From contig JAPLXC010000004.1 of NCBI GenBank assembly GCA_026396275.1, forward strand, positions 1,193-65,192: DNA of 64,000 nt, in the 5' to 3' direction. The translations under genes were made by a program, and so were the position numbers. Below, in pieces: positions 1 through 9,890 of the stretch. The notes below the pieces were generated by a model. The model saw only the letters and a program-made list of their open reading frames with translations, was not told the DNA's origin and did not search any database. Each line of letters begins with the position of its first letter. Position 1 is the stretch's first letter. Source of the stretch: Candidatus Moraniibacteriota bacterium (GTDB taxonomy: Bacteria; Patescibacteriota; Minisyncoccia; Moranbacterales; JAPLXC01).

Positions 1-18
1 TCACTCGGCGGCAATTAT

Positions 19-225
19 TTGGATGTTGAAAAAGGAGGAATTATTTGCAAGCACTGCCGTGGCGGAAGGCAGAACGCTATAGGTACCGGGGACAATACTG
101 TGAAGCTCATCCGGATTTTTTCCCGCAATAAAATTTCCTCTCTTCAAAAACTACGAGTTCAAAGAAAAGAAATTGATGAACTAAATGCGATTTCCCAGAA
201 GTTTCTTGAGTGGGTCGTAAAGTAG
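19..225 (+). CDS. C-terminal fragment of an upstream ORF with a CxxC motif; function unknown
   Basis: ORF runs to the window edge. Peptide contains CKHC. No recognisable family. Confidence 0.3.
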   Translation: MDVEKGGIICKHCRGGRQNAIGTGDNTVKLIRIFSRNKISSLQKLRVQRKEIDELNAISQKFLEWVVK

Positions 226-246
226 CTTTTTACGATGCTCTTTTTG

Positions 247-255
247 TGTTATAAT
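247..255 (+). promoter_or_regulatory. Extended -10 element (TGtTATAAT) upstream of the 287 ORF
   Basis: tgttataat lies about 30 nt before the start codon. The -35 is weak. Confidence 0.3.
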
Positions 256-286
256 TTACATACTAAAACTAAAGCGAATATGAATT

Positions 287-2209
287 ATGTCCTTGGGAGA
301 TCTAAATAAGGAACTCTATAATCCCAATTCAGATGCGGGAGAAAAAACTCATAAAAAGAGCCGATTTGACCCGGAACTTTCACCCCAGAACGATAGCCAG
401 GAATTTCAGAAAAAGGAGATGTGGATAAAAGGAAAAAAAGGACTAACTCCCGATCAGAAAAAAATAATTAAGCGAGGATTATGGGCAGTCGGCAGTATAG
501 TTCTTTTGGGTCTTCTCACCCTGGCTGTTTACGAAATCAGGAGGTCGGCTTTCAATGAGGAGAAAACGACCATAGGCCTAGAGGGGCCGACAGTTATTGA
601 CAGCACTCAGCCTGCTCAGTACATCATCCGTTATAAAAATGGTAATCGCGTTGATCTTAAAGATGCAGTGATCCGTTTGAACTACCAGGAAAATTTCCAG
701 CCGGAGGAAGCGGCAAACCTGAAAACCATAAACGCCAGCAATAGCCAGATCTACATTGGCACTATTAAGGCCCATTTCGAAGGTACAATTGAACTAAAAG
801 GGAAGTTTTACGCTCCCCAGGACTATATTGTTTATCTCCGGGCTACTCTTAGCTATACTCCTTCAAATTTCAACAGCACTTTCGAAGCCCAAAACCAGCT
901 GGGTGTCAGTGTGCAGACATCTCCTATTTTTTTGGAAATCGCCGCTCCCTTGGAAGCAGCTAGCGGAAATAGGGTGGAATATGTCATTGATTACAAAAAT
1001 CTCGGCACTCGGAATTTTTCCGATGTGCGGATTAAAGCCGAATACCCGGAAGGATTTCTGTTTTCTTCCGCGGAGCCGCAGCTGTCGGAGGGAAATAACT
1101 TCTGGTACATTGGAAAACTTGACCCCCAACAGGGGGGGAAAATAAAAATCCAGGGAACGTTACAAGGCGCGCGAAGCGAAGAGAAAAAAATAAATGTTTT
1201 CGCGGGTTCATTGAGCAGCAGCGGGCAGTTTCTTATTTACACTCAAAGTGACAAAACCACTAAAATAATCGTTTCACCTTTAAGTATAACGCAGTCAGTT
1301 AACAATCAGCGAAGTCCTTCAGTGAACGTGGGCGAAGAGCTTTACTACGTGCTAAAGTACCAAAATGAAGGCGAGATTGGACTACGGGACGTGATTATAA
1401 CCCTGGAAATCAAAAGTTTAGCGCTTAATTTTTCCAAACTTAAATTAGGAAATGGATTTTACGACCGGACTCACCAGACAATTACCTGGAAGGCCCCGGA
1501 TTTTCCTCAACTGACTAATCTGGGTCCGGGAGAAGGAGGGGAAATCAGGTTTTCCGTTCCGGTAACGAGTCAGATTCCCGTGGACAACGAAAACGACAAA
1601 AATTTTACCGTCACATCAACCGCTAAAATCGACAGCCCTGACATTCCGACTCCTCTTGGATCGAATAAGATTATCGATAGCGATACGCTTGAATTTAAAT
1701 TAAACTCCAAAGTTATCCTGGAAACCCTTGGATATTACGCTGATCCCAACATTCCTAACTCCGGACCGGTTCCCCCGCAAGTGGGGAAAGAGACAACTTA
1801 TACTATTCACTGGAAGATTACTAACGTCAATAACGATATTGCTGATACAAGGGTCGTATCTTCGCTTTCCACCGGCGTGAAGTGGACCGGAAAGATATAT
1901 CCAGAAAGTGAAAATATCGCCTTTAATGAGCGCACTAATCAAATAATTTGGGAAGTAGGAAAACTTAAAAACGGTATTGGAATTTTAAACCCCAAACGGG
2001 AAATAAGTTTTCAGGTAAGCATTATCCCCCAAATAAACCAGGCAGGACAGGAAGCGCTTCTACTTACTCCCTCGATTCTAACAGCCAAAGACCTCTTTAC
2101 TGGGGAAGAATTACGAGCTGAAACGCCAAAGAAGAACACGCTGTTACCAGAGGACGTTAGCATTGGCGGGAATTATAAGGTGGAAAATCCCGGTAATGAA
2201 CCCGGCTGA
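287..2209 (+). CDS. Membrane-anchored surface protein with about four tandem ~100-aa beta-sandwich repeats (DUF11-like conserved repeat domain)
   Basis: N-terminal TM helix (GLWAVGSIVLLGLLTLAVY). Recurring repeat pattern Y.I.YKN.G ... W.IG.L..G..G.I.F seen four times. Confidence 0.6.
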   Translation: MSLGDLNKELYNPNSDAGEKTHKKSRFDPELSPQNDSQEFQKKEMWIKGKKGLTPDQKKIIKRGLWAVGSIVLLGLLTLAVYEIRRSAFNEEKTTIGLEGPTVIDSTQPAQYIIRYKNGNRVDLKDAVIRLNYQENFQPEEAANLKTINASNSQIYIGTIKAHFEGTIELKGKFYAPQDYIVYLRATLSYTPSNFNSTFEAQNQLGVSVQTSPIFLEIAAPLEAASGNRVEYVIDYKNLGTRNFSDVRIKAEYPEGFLFSSAEPQLSEGNNFWYIGKLDPQQGGKIKIQGTLQGARSEEKKINVFAGSLSSSGQFLIYTQSDKTTKIIVSPLSITQSVNNQRSPSVNVGEELYYVLKYQNEGEIGLRDVIITLEIKSLALNFSKLKLGNGFYDRTHQTITWKAPDFPQLTNLGPGEGGEIRFSVPVTSQIPVDNENDKNFTVTSTAKIDSPDIPTPLGSNKIIDSDTLEFKLNSKVILETLGYYADPNIPNSGPVPPQVGKETTYTIHWKITNVNNDIADTRVVSSLSTGVKWTGKIYPESENIAFNERTNQIIWEVGKLKNGIGILNPKREISFQVSIIPQINQAGQEALLLTPSILTAKDLFTGEELRAETPKKNTLLPEDVSIGGNYKVENPGNEPG

Positions 2210-2227
2210 AAAATGGATAAAGCATAA

Positions 2228-3355
2228 ATGCTCAAAATAATTTCCCATAAAAACGGGAGAAGAATAGGAAAACTGGAGACGAAAAGCGGAGCAATAAATA
2301 CTCCGTTTTTTATGCCGGATGCGACGAGAGGATTTGCGAAGTCTCTTGGTAAAGAGGATTTGGAAAAAATCGGCGTTGGGCCGATGGTGGTAAACACTTA
2401 TCATCTTTATCTTCAACCGGGAATTGACCTAATTAAAAAAGCCGGCGGGATAAATAAATTTATGAACTGGGAGGCACCGCTTCTCTCTGACAGTGGAGGC
2501 TATCAGATCTTTTCACTCATTCACAAAAATCCGGAAATGGGAAAAATCACGGACGACAAAGTGATTTTCAAATCGCCGCTTGACGGAAAAGAACATGAAT
2601 TCACTCCGGAGGAGGCGATTCAAATCCAATTTGACTTAGGTGTTGATATGATGGTGGTGCTGGATGACTGCCCGCCGAATAGTTATCCCAAAGAGAAAAT
2701 AGAAGAAGCCGTGAAGCGGACAATAGGGTGGGCGAAAAGATGCAAAGAAGAATATAACAGACAATTAAGAGTGAGAAATGAGAAGTTGAAAAGAAGGCCG
2801 TTAATATTTGGGGTAATTCAAGGCGGGACATATAAGGATTTGCGGAAATATTGCGCTGAAGAGTTAATTGAAATTGGATTTGATGGACTGGGTTTCGGCG
2901 CGCGGCACCATGATGAAAAAGGAAATTTAATGGAAGAATTACTTAAATTTACCGCCAATTTAATACCAGAAAATTATTTGCGTTTTGCTTTGGGAGTTGG
3001 AACGCCGGAAGATATTGTACAATGTGCGGTAATGGGATGGGACATATTTGATTGTGTGATTCCCACCCGTGAAGGCCGTCATGGCAAATTGTTTATTTGG
3101 AAAAGTGACCCAAATGACGCGAATTTTCATCCGAATGGCCCGAATGGATTTTATGAAACCGTAAACATTAATAATGAAAAGTTTAAAACAGATCTTTCGC
3201 CAGTAGATGAACATTGCGATTGTGAACTTTGCCAAAATTACAGCCGGGCATATCTAAGTCATTTGTTCAAAGCGGGCGACCCATTAGCAATGCGCCTGGC
3301 GACAATTCACAATTTGCGGTTTTATCTGCGGCTTATGAAACAGTTACAGTCTTGA
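2228..3355 (+). CDS. tgt: Queuine tRNA-ribosyltransferase
   Basis: LSDSGGYQIFSL motif and the zinc site CDCELC...H are both present. Confidence 0.9.
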   Translation: MLKIISHKNGRRIGKLETKSGAINTPFFMPDATRGFAKSLGKEDLEKIGVGPMVVNTYHLYLQPGIDLIKKAGGINKFMNWEAPLLSDSGGYQIFSLIHKNPEMGKITDDKVIFKSPLDGKEHEFTPEEAIQIQFDLGVDMMVVLDDCPPNSYPKEKIEEAVKRTIGWAKRCKEEYNRQLRVRNEKLKRRPLIFGVIQGGTYKDLRKYCAEELIEIGFDGLGFGARHHDEKGNLMEELLKFTANLIPENYLRFALGVGTPEDIVQCAVMGWDIFDCVIPTREGRHGKLFIWKSDPNDANFHPNGPNGFYETVNINNEKFKTDLSPVDEHCDCELCQNYSRAYLSHLFKAGDPLAMRLATIHNLRFYLRLMKQLQS

Positions 3356-3433
3356 TTTTAGAAACCGTTAAACAGCGGTATTTTGCAAAAATGCTTCCAG
3401 TTGTTAAAATTGATGTAATAAGCAAAAAGAGAA

Positions 3434-4744
3434 ATGGTAAACCCAGTCATCACAATAGAAAATCTTCGCGTTATCTACAACCAGGGAAAATCCAACGAAA
3501 CCCGTTCTCTGGACGGAGTCAATCTTAAAATATTTCCCCGGGAGTACATTATCGTTCACGGTCCTTCTGGTTGTGGCAAATCAACCCTTCTTTATTCTAT
3601 CGCCGGATTGCAAGCACCGACCTATGGAGAAGTGACAATTGAAGACAAAAAACTTTCTCAAATGAAAGAGCGGGAAAAAGTGGAACTTCATCAGGTGGGA
3701 GTGGGAATGATTTTTCAGGCCTTCTATTTAATTTCCTCATTGAGTGTGATTGATAATGTTTGCCTCCCCCGGGTTTTTCGCGGTGAAGATCCGGAAAAAA
3801 GAAAAAGTGATGCCTTGGTGCTTCTGCGCCGGTTTGGAATTGCGGAGCAAGCCAATAAATTCCCCGGCCAGCTTTCCGGAGGGCAAAAACAGCGAGTAGC
3901 AATCGCTCGCGCTCTAATAAATAACCCCCAGATTATTTTGGCCGATGAGCCCGTGGGAAATTTAGATAGTGAGTCAGCGGAAAGTGTGCTCCAGATCCTA
4001 AAGGAACTAAATGAAGTCGACAAAAGAACGATAATTATGGTTACTCATAACTCTGAATATTTGCATTATGCTGATCGAGTGATTCACATGAAAGATGGGA
4101 TCATTGTCAGCTTGGAAGTAATTGAAGAAAAAAGACCTATCTCAGTGGTGAAAGAAGAAGTAGCCATTCAACCTGAAGAAATTTCCACTGATTTAAAACT
4201 ATTAATGCGAATGTTTAAAAATCTTTCTCCTCAACAAGCCGGGGTCTTGATTGTTCCTTTTAAGGCCAAACAGCTTCTTTCTCACGTGGTGTCAGAATTT
4301 ACTGAAGAACAGCTGACTTCAGCGGAAAATTATTTGAAAGAGTTTCTCTTTCGCAATATCGATATCAAGGAACTGGAAAAAAGCTTGGATCTTGATTATG
4401 ACGAAGGCGGAGCCGGATGGAATAAAAGAAGAGCCATTGCCTTTGCCCAGCGAGTAAGACAAATAATGAATCAGGTAGAGGCGCTCACAGCTAATCCGGA
4501 AACCGCTGCCAACACTTTTTCTGACTATCTTCTTGAACACTTTAATATTAAACTCAGCGATGATATCAAATTGCGGTTTCGCTCCTTTATTAAGTTAAGA
4601 ATTGACAATAAAATAGACCGTTTCAGCTTGCAGCAGCGTTTGGATACCCCCAAGATATTAGGAGGAATAGGACTGTATAAAACAACAGCTGAGAAAGTAG
4701 TGCGGGAGATAGAAGTGGTAATGTTGCTTAAATATTCAGCTTAA
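3434..4744 (+). CDS. ABC transporter ATP-binding protein (FtsE/MacB/LolD-like) with an unusual ~200-aa C-terminal extension
   Basis: Walker [10 protein letters not shown], signature [15 protein letters not shown] and Walker B ILADEP are present. The C-terminal half has no recognisable motif. Confidence 0.85.
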   Translation: MVNPVITIENLRVIYNQGKSNETRSLDGVNLKIFPREYIIVHGPSGCGKSTLLYSIAGLQAPTYGEVTIEDKKLSQMKEREKVELHQVGVGMIFQAFYLISSLSVIDNVCLPRVFRGEDPEKRKSDALVLLRRFGIAEQANKFPGQLSGGQKQRVAIARALINNPQIILADEPVGNLDSESAESVLQILKELNEVDKRTIIMVTHNSEYLHYADRVIHMKDGIIVSLEVIEEKRPISVVKEEVAIQPEEISTDLKLLMRMFKNLSPQQAGVLIVPFKAKQLLSHVVSEFTEEQLTSAENYLKEFLFRNIDIKELEKSLDLDYDEGGAGWNKRRAIAFAQRVRQIMNQVEALTANPETAANTFSDYLLEHFNIKLSDDIKLRFRSFIKLRIDNKIDRFSLQQRLDTPKILGGIGLYKTTAEKVVREIEVVMLLKYSA

Positions 4745-4747
4745 ACT

Positions 4748-5962
4748 ATGAAATTTTCCGATATTTTCAAACTTTCAACCAGAATGTTCAAAGCGAGAAC
4801 TTCGCGCACGCTTCTTACGATTTTAGGCATGAGTATTGGAATCGGTGCTATTTTATTCCTGGTATCGCTTGGATACGGCTTGCAGAAAACCTTACTTAAT
4901 AAGATCACTACTTCCGACGCGCTGCTTACTCTGGATGTGACTGAAGCCAAATCAGCAACCGTTTTTCTTAATCGCGAGACCCTCAAAGTGATGGCAGAAA
5001 TGGAAGGGGTAGGGGAAGTAAGTCCCGCTTATCAGTTGAACGCCCAGGGACGCCTTGGCGATCTTTCAGCTGATTTTTCTGCCGTAGTGGTAAAGCCGTC
5101 ATTTCTAAAATTGGGGGGATATCGGGTAAGTCAGGGGCGCTTACTGAATGACGAAAGTCCTCAGGAAATTGTGGTTACTTCAACGGTCTCCCGCGTATTT
5201 GGGAAAAATGCGGATGAGATAATTGGAAAAGAAATAAAGTTTAGTTTTTTGGTGCCCGAGCAGGACAAAACAGGAGAAGTATCAAAAAATTCGCAAGTCA
5301 AGACAAAACGGGTGGAATCCGACAAAGCATACGTAGTAGCCGGCGTCATTGAAGGGGAGGATAGCATTATATATATCAATTCCAAGTCCCTTGATAATTT
5401 TTCCATTGATCATTTTAGCCAGGTTAAAGTGAAATGCAGAACGAATCAGGCGTTGGGGTTAGTTCGGGATCAGCTCATTAGCCAGGGATTTTTAGTATCG
5501 GCACTTTCCGATACGGTTGAGGAAGCAAACAAAGTGTTCAGGGCCATTCAGATTGTGCTAATGCTCTTTGGAGTTGTTGCTCTTGTAGTAAGCGCTATCG
5601 GGATGTTTAACACAATGACTATTGCTCTTTTGGAGCGGACGGAGGAAATCGGGATAATGAAGTCCATTGGCGCTTCCAATGCGGGAATATCTTTAATATT
5701 CGTTATGGAATCGGCTATTATGGGATTTTTGGGAGGAGTATGCGGTGTTTTTATCGGCTTTGTCAGCGGGGAGGTTTTTAATGGACTGATAAATTTTATT
5801 GCCCGGCGTTTTGGAGGAGAATCAGTGGACTTGTTCTACATTCCTTTGTGGTTCGTGCTACTTATCATTCTTTTTGCCGGTTTTGTTGGCTTTTCCACCG
5901 GGTTTATTCCGGCCAGACGGGCAAGCCACATTGATCCTCTGGAAGCTTTGAGGTATAAGTAA
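4748..5962 (+). CDS. FtsX/MacB-family ABC permease with a large extracytoplasmic domain
   Basis: One N-terminal TM, then a ~220-aa loop, then three C-terminal TMs. Translationally coupled to the ATPase (4-nt gap). Confidence 0.8.
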   Translation: MKFSDIFKLSTRMFKARTSRTLLTILGMSIGIGAILFLVSLGYGLQKTLLNKITTSDALLTLDVTEAKSATVFLNRETLKVMAEMEGVGEVSPAYQLNAQGRLGDLSADFSAVVVKPSFLKLGGYRVSQGRLLNDESPQEIVVTSTVSRVFGKNADEIIGKEIKFSFLVPEQDKTGEVSKNSQVKTKRVESDKAYVVAGVIEGEDSIIYINSKSLDNFSIDHFSQVKVKCRTNQALGLVRDQLISQGFLVSALSDTVEEANKVFRAIQIVLMLFGVVALVVSAIGMFNTMTIALLERTEEIGIMKSIGASNAGISLIFVMESAIMGFLGGVCGVFIGFVSGEVFNGLINFIARRFGGESVDLFYIPLWFVLLIILFAGFVGFSTGFIPARRASHIDPLEALRYK

Positions 5963-5966
5963 AGCT

Positions 5967-6806
5967 ATGAAAATTCTTAGCGGAAAAAGAGCAGCTCTAA
6001 AAATATTAAATAATCTTGAAGTCAACATCAGGAAATTACCCGCCGCTCCCGGACTGGCAGTGCTTTTAATTGGAGACGATAAACCCTCACATTTATATGC
6101 CCGCTTAAAACAGGAAGCAGCAAAAAAAATAGGAGTTCGTTTTTATCTTGTTAAATTTAAAGAGAATGCTGCCGAGAGAAAAATTATTGAGAAAATATCA
6201 GTGCTTAACAAAAACGGAAAAATAAACGGAATTATAGTTCAGCTTCCACTGCCCTCAAAATTCAACGCACGGAGAATTATCAAAGCCATTGATCCGGAAA
6301 AAGACGTAGACGGATTTCATCCGGAAAATATGAAGCTGTTTTTGAAAAGCAAAGAAAGATTCTGGCCGGTTTTTCCGCGGGCAATTGTTAAACTGATTGA
6401 AGAAAGTCGTCTTAAACTTTTAGGAAAAAAAGCAGTGGTTTTAGCAAATTCGCAAAGTTTCGGGAAGATAATGGTGGCAGCTTTAGGGAAGAAAAAAATA
6501 AGAGCCAAATATATCTTGTTTAAAAAAGTTAAGGAGAATGTTAAGTTAATCAAAAAAGCAGACATCATTGTGGTTGCAATGGGAATTCCAAATCTCGTAA
6601 AAGGGAAAATGATTAAAGAGGGTGCAGTAGTAGTTGACGGAGGAATTACGAAAAGAGGAAAGAAGGTACTAGGAGATGTTGATCGAGAGTCCGTAAAATA
6701 CGTGGCTTCCTATCTTTCCCCGGTTCCCGGAGGAGTTGGGCCAGTAACGGTAGCCTGCCTTTTTTGGAATGTTTACTTAGCCACTAAAGAACAACTCAAG
6801 GATTAA
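5967..6806 (+). CDS. folD: Bifunctional methylenetetrahydrofolate dehydrogenase/cyclohydrolase
   Basis: FolD family motifs: LLIGDDKPSHLY, GIIVQLPLP and a C-terminal GGVGPVTVA. Confidence 0.85.
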   Translation: MKILSGKRAALKILNNLEVNIRKLPAAPGLAVLLIGDDKPSHLYARLKQEAAKKIGVRFYLVKFKENAAERKIIEKISVLNKNGKINGIIVQLPLPSKFNARRIIKAIDPEKDVDGFHPENMKLFLKSKERFWPVFPRAIVKLIEESRLKLLGKKAVVLANSQSFGKIMVAALGKKKIRAKYILFKKVKENVKLIKKADIIVVAMGIPNLVKGKMIKEGAVVVDGGITKRGKKVLGDVDRESVKYVASYLSPVPGGVGPVTVACLFWNVYLATKEQLKD

Positions 6807-6937
6807 GAGATTAAGTAAAAAACTGATTGTTCCAGATAACTACGATCGCTGCCAAGTAGAATAATTGTTTTTGGCAAAGTCGGCTTTATAAAATCTTCCT
6901 TTTGACGGAGGGTTTTTTTGTTGATAAACTTAATAGT

Positions 6938-9889
6938 ATGGAAAAATACAACTCGCGGAAAATAGAGAAAAAGTGGCAGAAGAAATGGGAAGAAAGCGGA
7001 ATTTACAAGAATTACAAAAAAGACAAGAAATTCTACGCTCTTGATATGTTTCCTTATACCTCCGGCGAGGGTTTGCACGTGGGCCATCCGAGAGGATACA
7101 TCGCCACTGATGTCGTTTCCCGTTTCAAGATGCTTCAGGGAGCAAGCGTTCTTCATCCGATGGGATGGGACGCTTTTGGCTTGCCAACAGAAAATTACGC
7201 CATCGAGCATAAAATTCACCCGCGGATCGTGACCGAAAAAAATATTTCTGTTTTTAAAAAACAGCTTCAAATGTTTGGTTTTACCTATGATTGGGATCGG
7301 GAGATTAATACAACGGATCCGGGATATTACAAATGGACGCAGTGGATTTTTTTGAAAATGTTTGAAAAAGGACTGGCTTATGAGTCGAACGAGCCGATTA
7401 ACTGGTGCCCCTCCTGCAAGACAGGGCTGGCGCTGGAGGATTTGGAAAAAGGATTATGCGAACGTTGCGGAACGCAGGTAGTGCAGAAAAAAATGAGACA
7501 GTGGGTTTTAAGGATGACAAATTATGCTGATCGTCTGCTTTACGATCTGGACAGCGAAGATCTAGATTGGGAGGAGCAGATTTTAGAACAACAAAGAAAC
7601 TGGATCGGGAGAAGCGAGGGAACAGAGTTCAAGATGCCAGTTGTCATTGCGAGCGAAGCAAAGCAATCTCGTACAGAAGAATCAAATTCAGAGATTGCCG
7701 CGTCGCCTTCGGCTCCTCGCAATGACATCTATATTGAAGTTTATACCACCCGTCTGGATACGGCCTTTGGGATGACATATGCAGTAGTAGCACCGGAACA
7801 TCCAATCGTCGCTTCGCTTCTCAAAATCAAAAATCAAAAATCAAAAATCAAAAATATTGAAGAAATTAGAAATTATATAATCCGGTCACAGAATAAAACA
7901 GAGCTGGAAAGAATGGAGGCAAAGGAAAAAACAGGAATGGAAATTAAAGGAATAAAAGTTATAAATCCTTTCACTAATGAGGAAATTCCGTTATTTGTTG
8001 CCGATTATGTTTTAGGCCACTACGGCACCGGCGCAGTGATGGCTGTGCCAGCACACGATGAAAGGGACTGGGAATTTGCGAGGAAATATAATTTACCCAT
8101 AAAACAATCAATCGTTCCAAATTACAGAGAATATGAAACTACAATAAAGACCCTAAATGCACTTAGAGAAATCTATAGAGCAGCTGAAAAAAAAGACTTA
8201 AGATTTTGGCTACTTGGCGGACTAGCTTGCGCTTTTTATGCGGGAATAATTTATAGGGAACACAATGATTTAGATTTAATTACCGAAAATGAAAATGACC
8301 GTATTAAAATGTTTCAATTATTGGAAAATTTGGGATTTAAAAAAATAAAGGAGAAAAAAATATCAGAAAATCTCATCAACTTTGTTTATCAACGAGGAGA
8401 AATTGAAGTTGATATTGGACCCAATCAAGGCGAATTTGGTTTGGCTGGTGATTTTGAGGAAGATATTAAATATCTAGGAGAATACCAGTCAAGAGTATTA
8501 AGCAAACGATTTGTCAAAAGTTTTAAAGAATATCAGTTGAAGACTAGAGATGAAAAAAAAGACCAAATAGACGTGGAATATTTAAGTGGTAAAGTTTTGA
8601 TTGATGATGAAGTATTGGTTAATTCTGAAAAATATTCAGGACTAACTTCCCAAAAAGCCCGAGAGGAAATGGCAAAGTGGCTGGAGAAACAAAGAATCGG
8701 CAAGAAAAAAATAAATTACAAAATGCGTGACTGGGTGTTTTCCAGACAGCGTTACTGGGGAGAACCCATTCCCATAATTCACTGCGAGAAATGCGGTGCA
8801 GTAGGGGTGCCGGAGAAGGAATTGCCTGTTACTTTGCCGGATGTTGAAAGTTACGAGCCGACCGGGACGGGCGAATCGCCACTGGCGAATATCAAAGATT
8901 GGGTGAACACCACTTGTCCCAAATGCGGCGGACCGGGAAAAAGAGAAACCAATACTATGCCTCAATGGGCGGGCTCCTCCTGGTATTATCTTCGCTACAT
9001 TGATTCAAAAAATGAAAAGGAACTTGTTGGAAAAAAAGAAGAAAAAAAGTGGATGCCGGTGGATCTCTATGTGGGCGGGATAGAACACGCTACTCGTCAT
9101 CTTCTCTACGCACGATTCTGGCACAAGTTTTTATACGATATTGGTGTTGTTTCCACAAAAGAGCCGTTTAAAAAATTAGTTCACGTCGGGCTCATTGGCG
9201 GAGAGGACGGCAGAAAAATGTCCAAGCGCTGGGGCAATGTCGTCAGTCCTAACGACGTGATAGAACAATTCGGAGCGGACTCAATCAGATTGTATGAAAT
9301 GTTTATGGGGCCTTTCACCCAGGGTATTTCATGGAGTACGGCAGGGGTAAGTGGGATGAGGAGATTTTTGGAGAAAGTATGGAAATCGCAAAATCGAATT
9401 ATGAATTACGAATCAGGAATTAAGAATAACGTTGAAAATTTATTGCATAAGACAATCAAAAAAATAACAGAAGATATAGAAAATTTCCGATTTAATACCG
9501 CACTAAGCTCGATGATGATATATATTAATCAACTTGAGAAACAAAAGAAAATATCCATGATTCATTATTCACAATTCCTAATTCTATTGAGTCCCTTCGC
9601 CCCCCATATCGCCGAAGAGCTATGGGAGAAACTAGGACACAAAGAAAGCATATTCCGGCAGTCCTGGCCGAAGCATAATCCGCAATTGATAAAAGACGAG
9701 GAAATAGATCTGGTAATCCAAGTCAATGGAAAAGTCCGCGACACTGTTAAAGTATCAGCCGATATTTCCGAAGATGAAGCGAAAAAACTAGCCTTTGAAA
9801 ATCAAAAAGCAAAAACCTTTACAAAGGAAAAAGTAATTAAAAAGGTCATTTTTGTAAAAGGCAAGTTAATTAATATCGTAGTTTCTTAG
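6938..9889 (+). CDS. leuS: Leucyl-tRNA synthetase with an embedded ~165-aa nucleotidyltransferase-like domain and two short repeat-derived insertions
   Basis: HIGH motif (HVGHPRGY), KMSKR, and the zinc ribbon CPSCK...CERCG are present. Likely start is the second Met (MEKYNSRKIEKKW). An extra segment with W..GG...R.H.D.D motif lies between the CP1 domain and the body. Confidence 0.9.
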   Translation: MEKYNSRKIEKKWQKKWEESGIYKNYKKDKKFYALDMFPYTSGEGLHVGHPRGYIATDVVSRFKMLQGASVLHPMGWDAFGLPTENYAIEHKIHPRIVTEKNISVFKKQLQMFGFTYDWDREINTTDPGYYKWTQWIFLKMFEKGLAYESNEPINWCPSCKTGLALEDLEKGLCERCGTQVVQKKMRQWVLRMTNYADRLLYDLDSEDLDWEEQILEQQRNWIGRSEGTEFKMPVVIASEAKQSRTEESNSEIAASPSAPRNDIYIEVYTTRLDTAFGMTYAVVAPEHPIVASLLKIKNQKSKIKNIEEIRNYIIRSQNKTELERMEAKEKTGMEIKGIKVINPFTNEEIPLFVADYVLGHYGTGAVMAVPAHDERDWEFARKYNLPIKQSIVPNYREYETTIKTLNALREIYRAAEKKDLRFWLLGGLACAFYAGIIYREHNDLDLITENENDRIKMFQLLENLGFKKIKEKKISENLINFVYQRGEIEVDIGPNQGEFGLAGDFEEDIKYLGEYQSRVLSKRFVKSFKEYQLKTRDEKKDQIDVEYLSGKVLIDDEVLVNSEKYSGLTSQKAREEMAKWLEKQRIGKKKINYKMRDWVFSRQRYWGEPIPIIHCEKCGAVGVPEKELPVTLPDVESYEPTGTGESPLANIKDWVNTTCPKCGGPGKRETNTMPQWAGSSWYYLRYIDSKNEKELVGKKEEKKWMPVDLYVGGIEHATRHLLYARFWHKFLYDIGVVSTKEPFKKLVHVGLIGGEDGRKMSKRWGNVVSPNDVIEQFGADSIRLYEMFMGPFTQGISWSTAGVSGMRRFLEKVWKSQNRIMNYESGIKNNVENLLHKTIKKITEDIENFRFNTALSSMMIYINQLEKQKKISMIHYSQFLILLSPFAPHIAEELWEKLGHKESIFRQSWPKHNPQLIKDEEIDLVIQVNGKVRDTVKVSADISEDEAKKLAFENQKAKTFTKEKVIKKVIFVKGKLINIVVS
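7643..7726. mobile_element. MITE-like palindromic element family A (GTCATTGCGAGCGAAGC...CTCGCAATGAC), 84 nt, in-frame inside leuS
   Basis: Terminal inverted repeats gtcattgcgag / ctcgcaatgac. Encodes VIASEAKQS... in the leuS frame and SLRGAEGDAAIS on the opposite strand, the usual signature of this repeat family. Confidence 0.6.
7823..7855. repeat. (AAAATCA)x4 heptamer tandem repeat, in-frame in leuS
   Basis: Direct read. Encodes KIKNQKSKIKN. Same repeat occurs in rnhB and the GT4 gene at 48093. Confidence 0.7.
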
Positions 9890-9890
9890 C

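Noticed and set aside
578-1145. Short ORFs overlapping the 287..2209 gene (578..775 -, 828..1145 +, 863..1129 -)
   Set aside because: They are entirely nested in a longer, motif-supported ORF with no independent signals. Likely spurious.
6806-6938. T-box leader upstream of leuS
   Set aside because: No T-box consensus (AATTAGGGTGGNACCGCG-like) or specifier or antiterminator structure is visible.
7540-7728. 62-aa minus-strand ORF (MSLRGAEGDAAIS...) and the similar 50223..50429 ORF
   Set aside because: These are the well-known antisense reading frames of MITE family A copies inside leuS and GT4. They are not genes.
8080-8640. LeuRS insertion considered as an intein
   Set aside because: No Cys/Ser/Thr splice junctions, and no HN terminal motif or endonuclease blocks. 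The motif content matches a nucleotidyltransferase domain instead.
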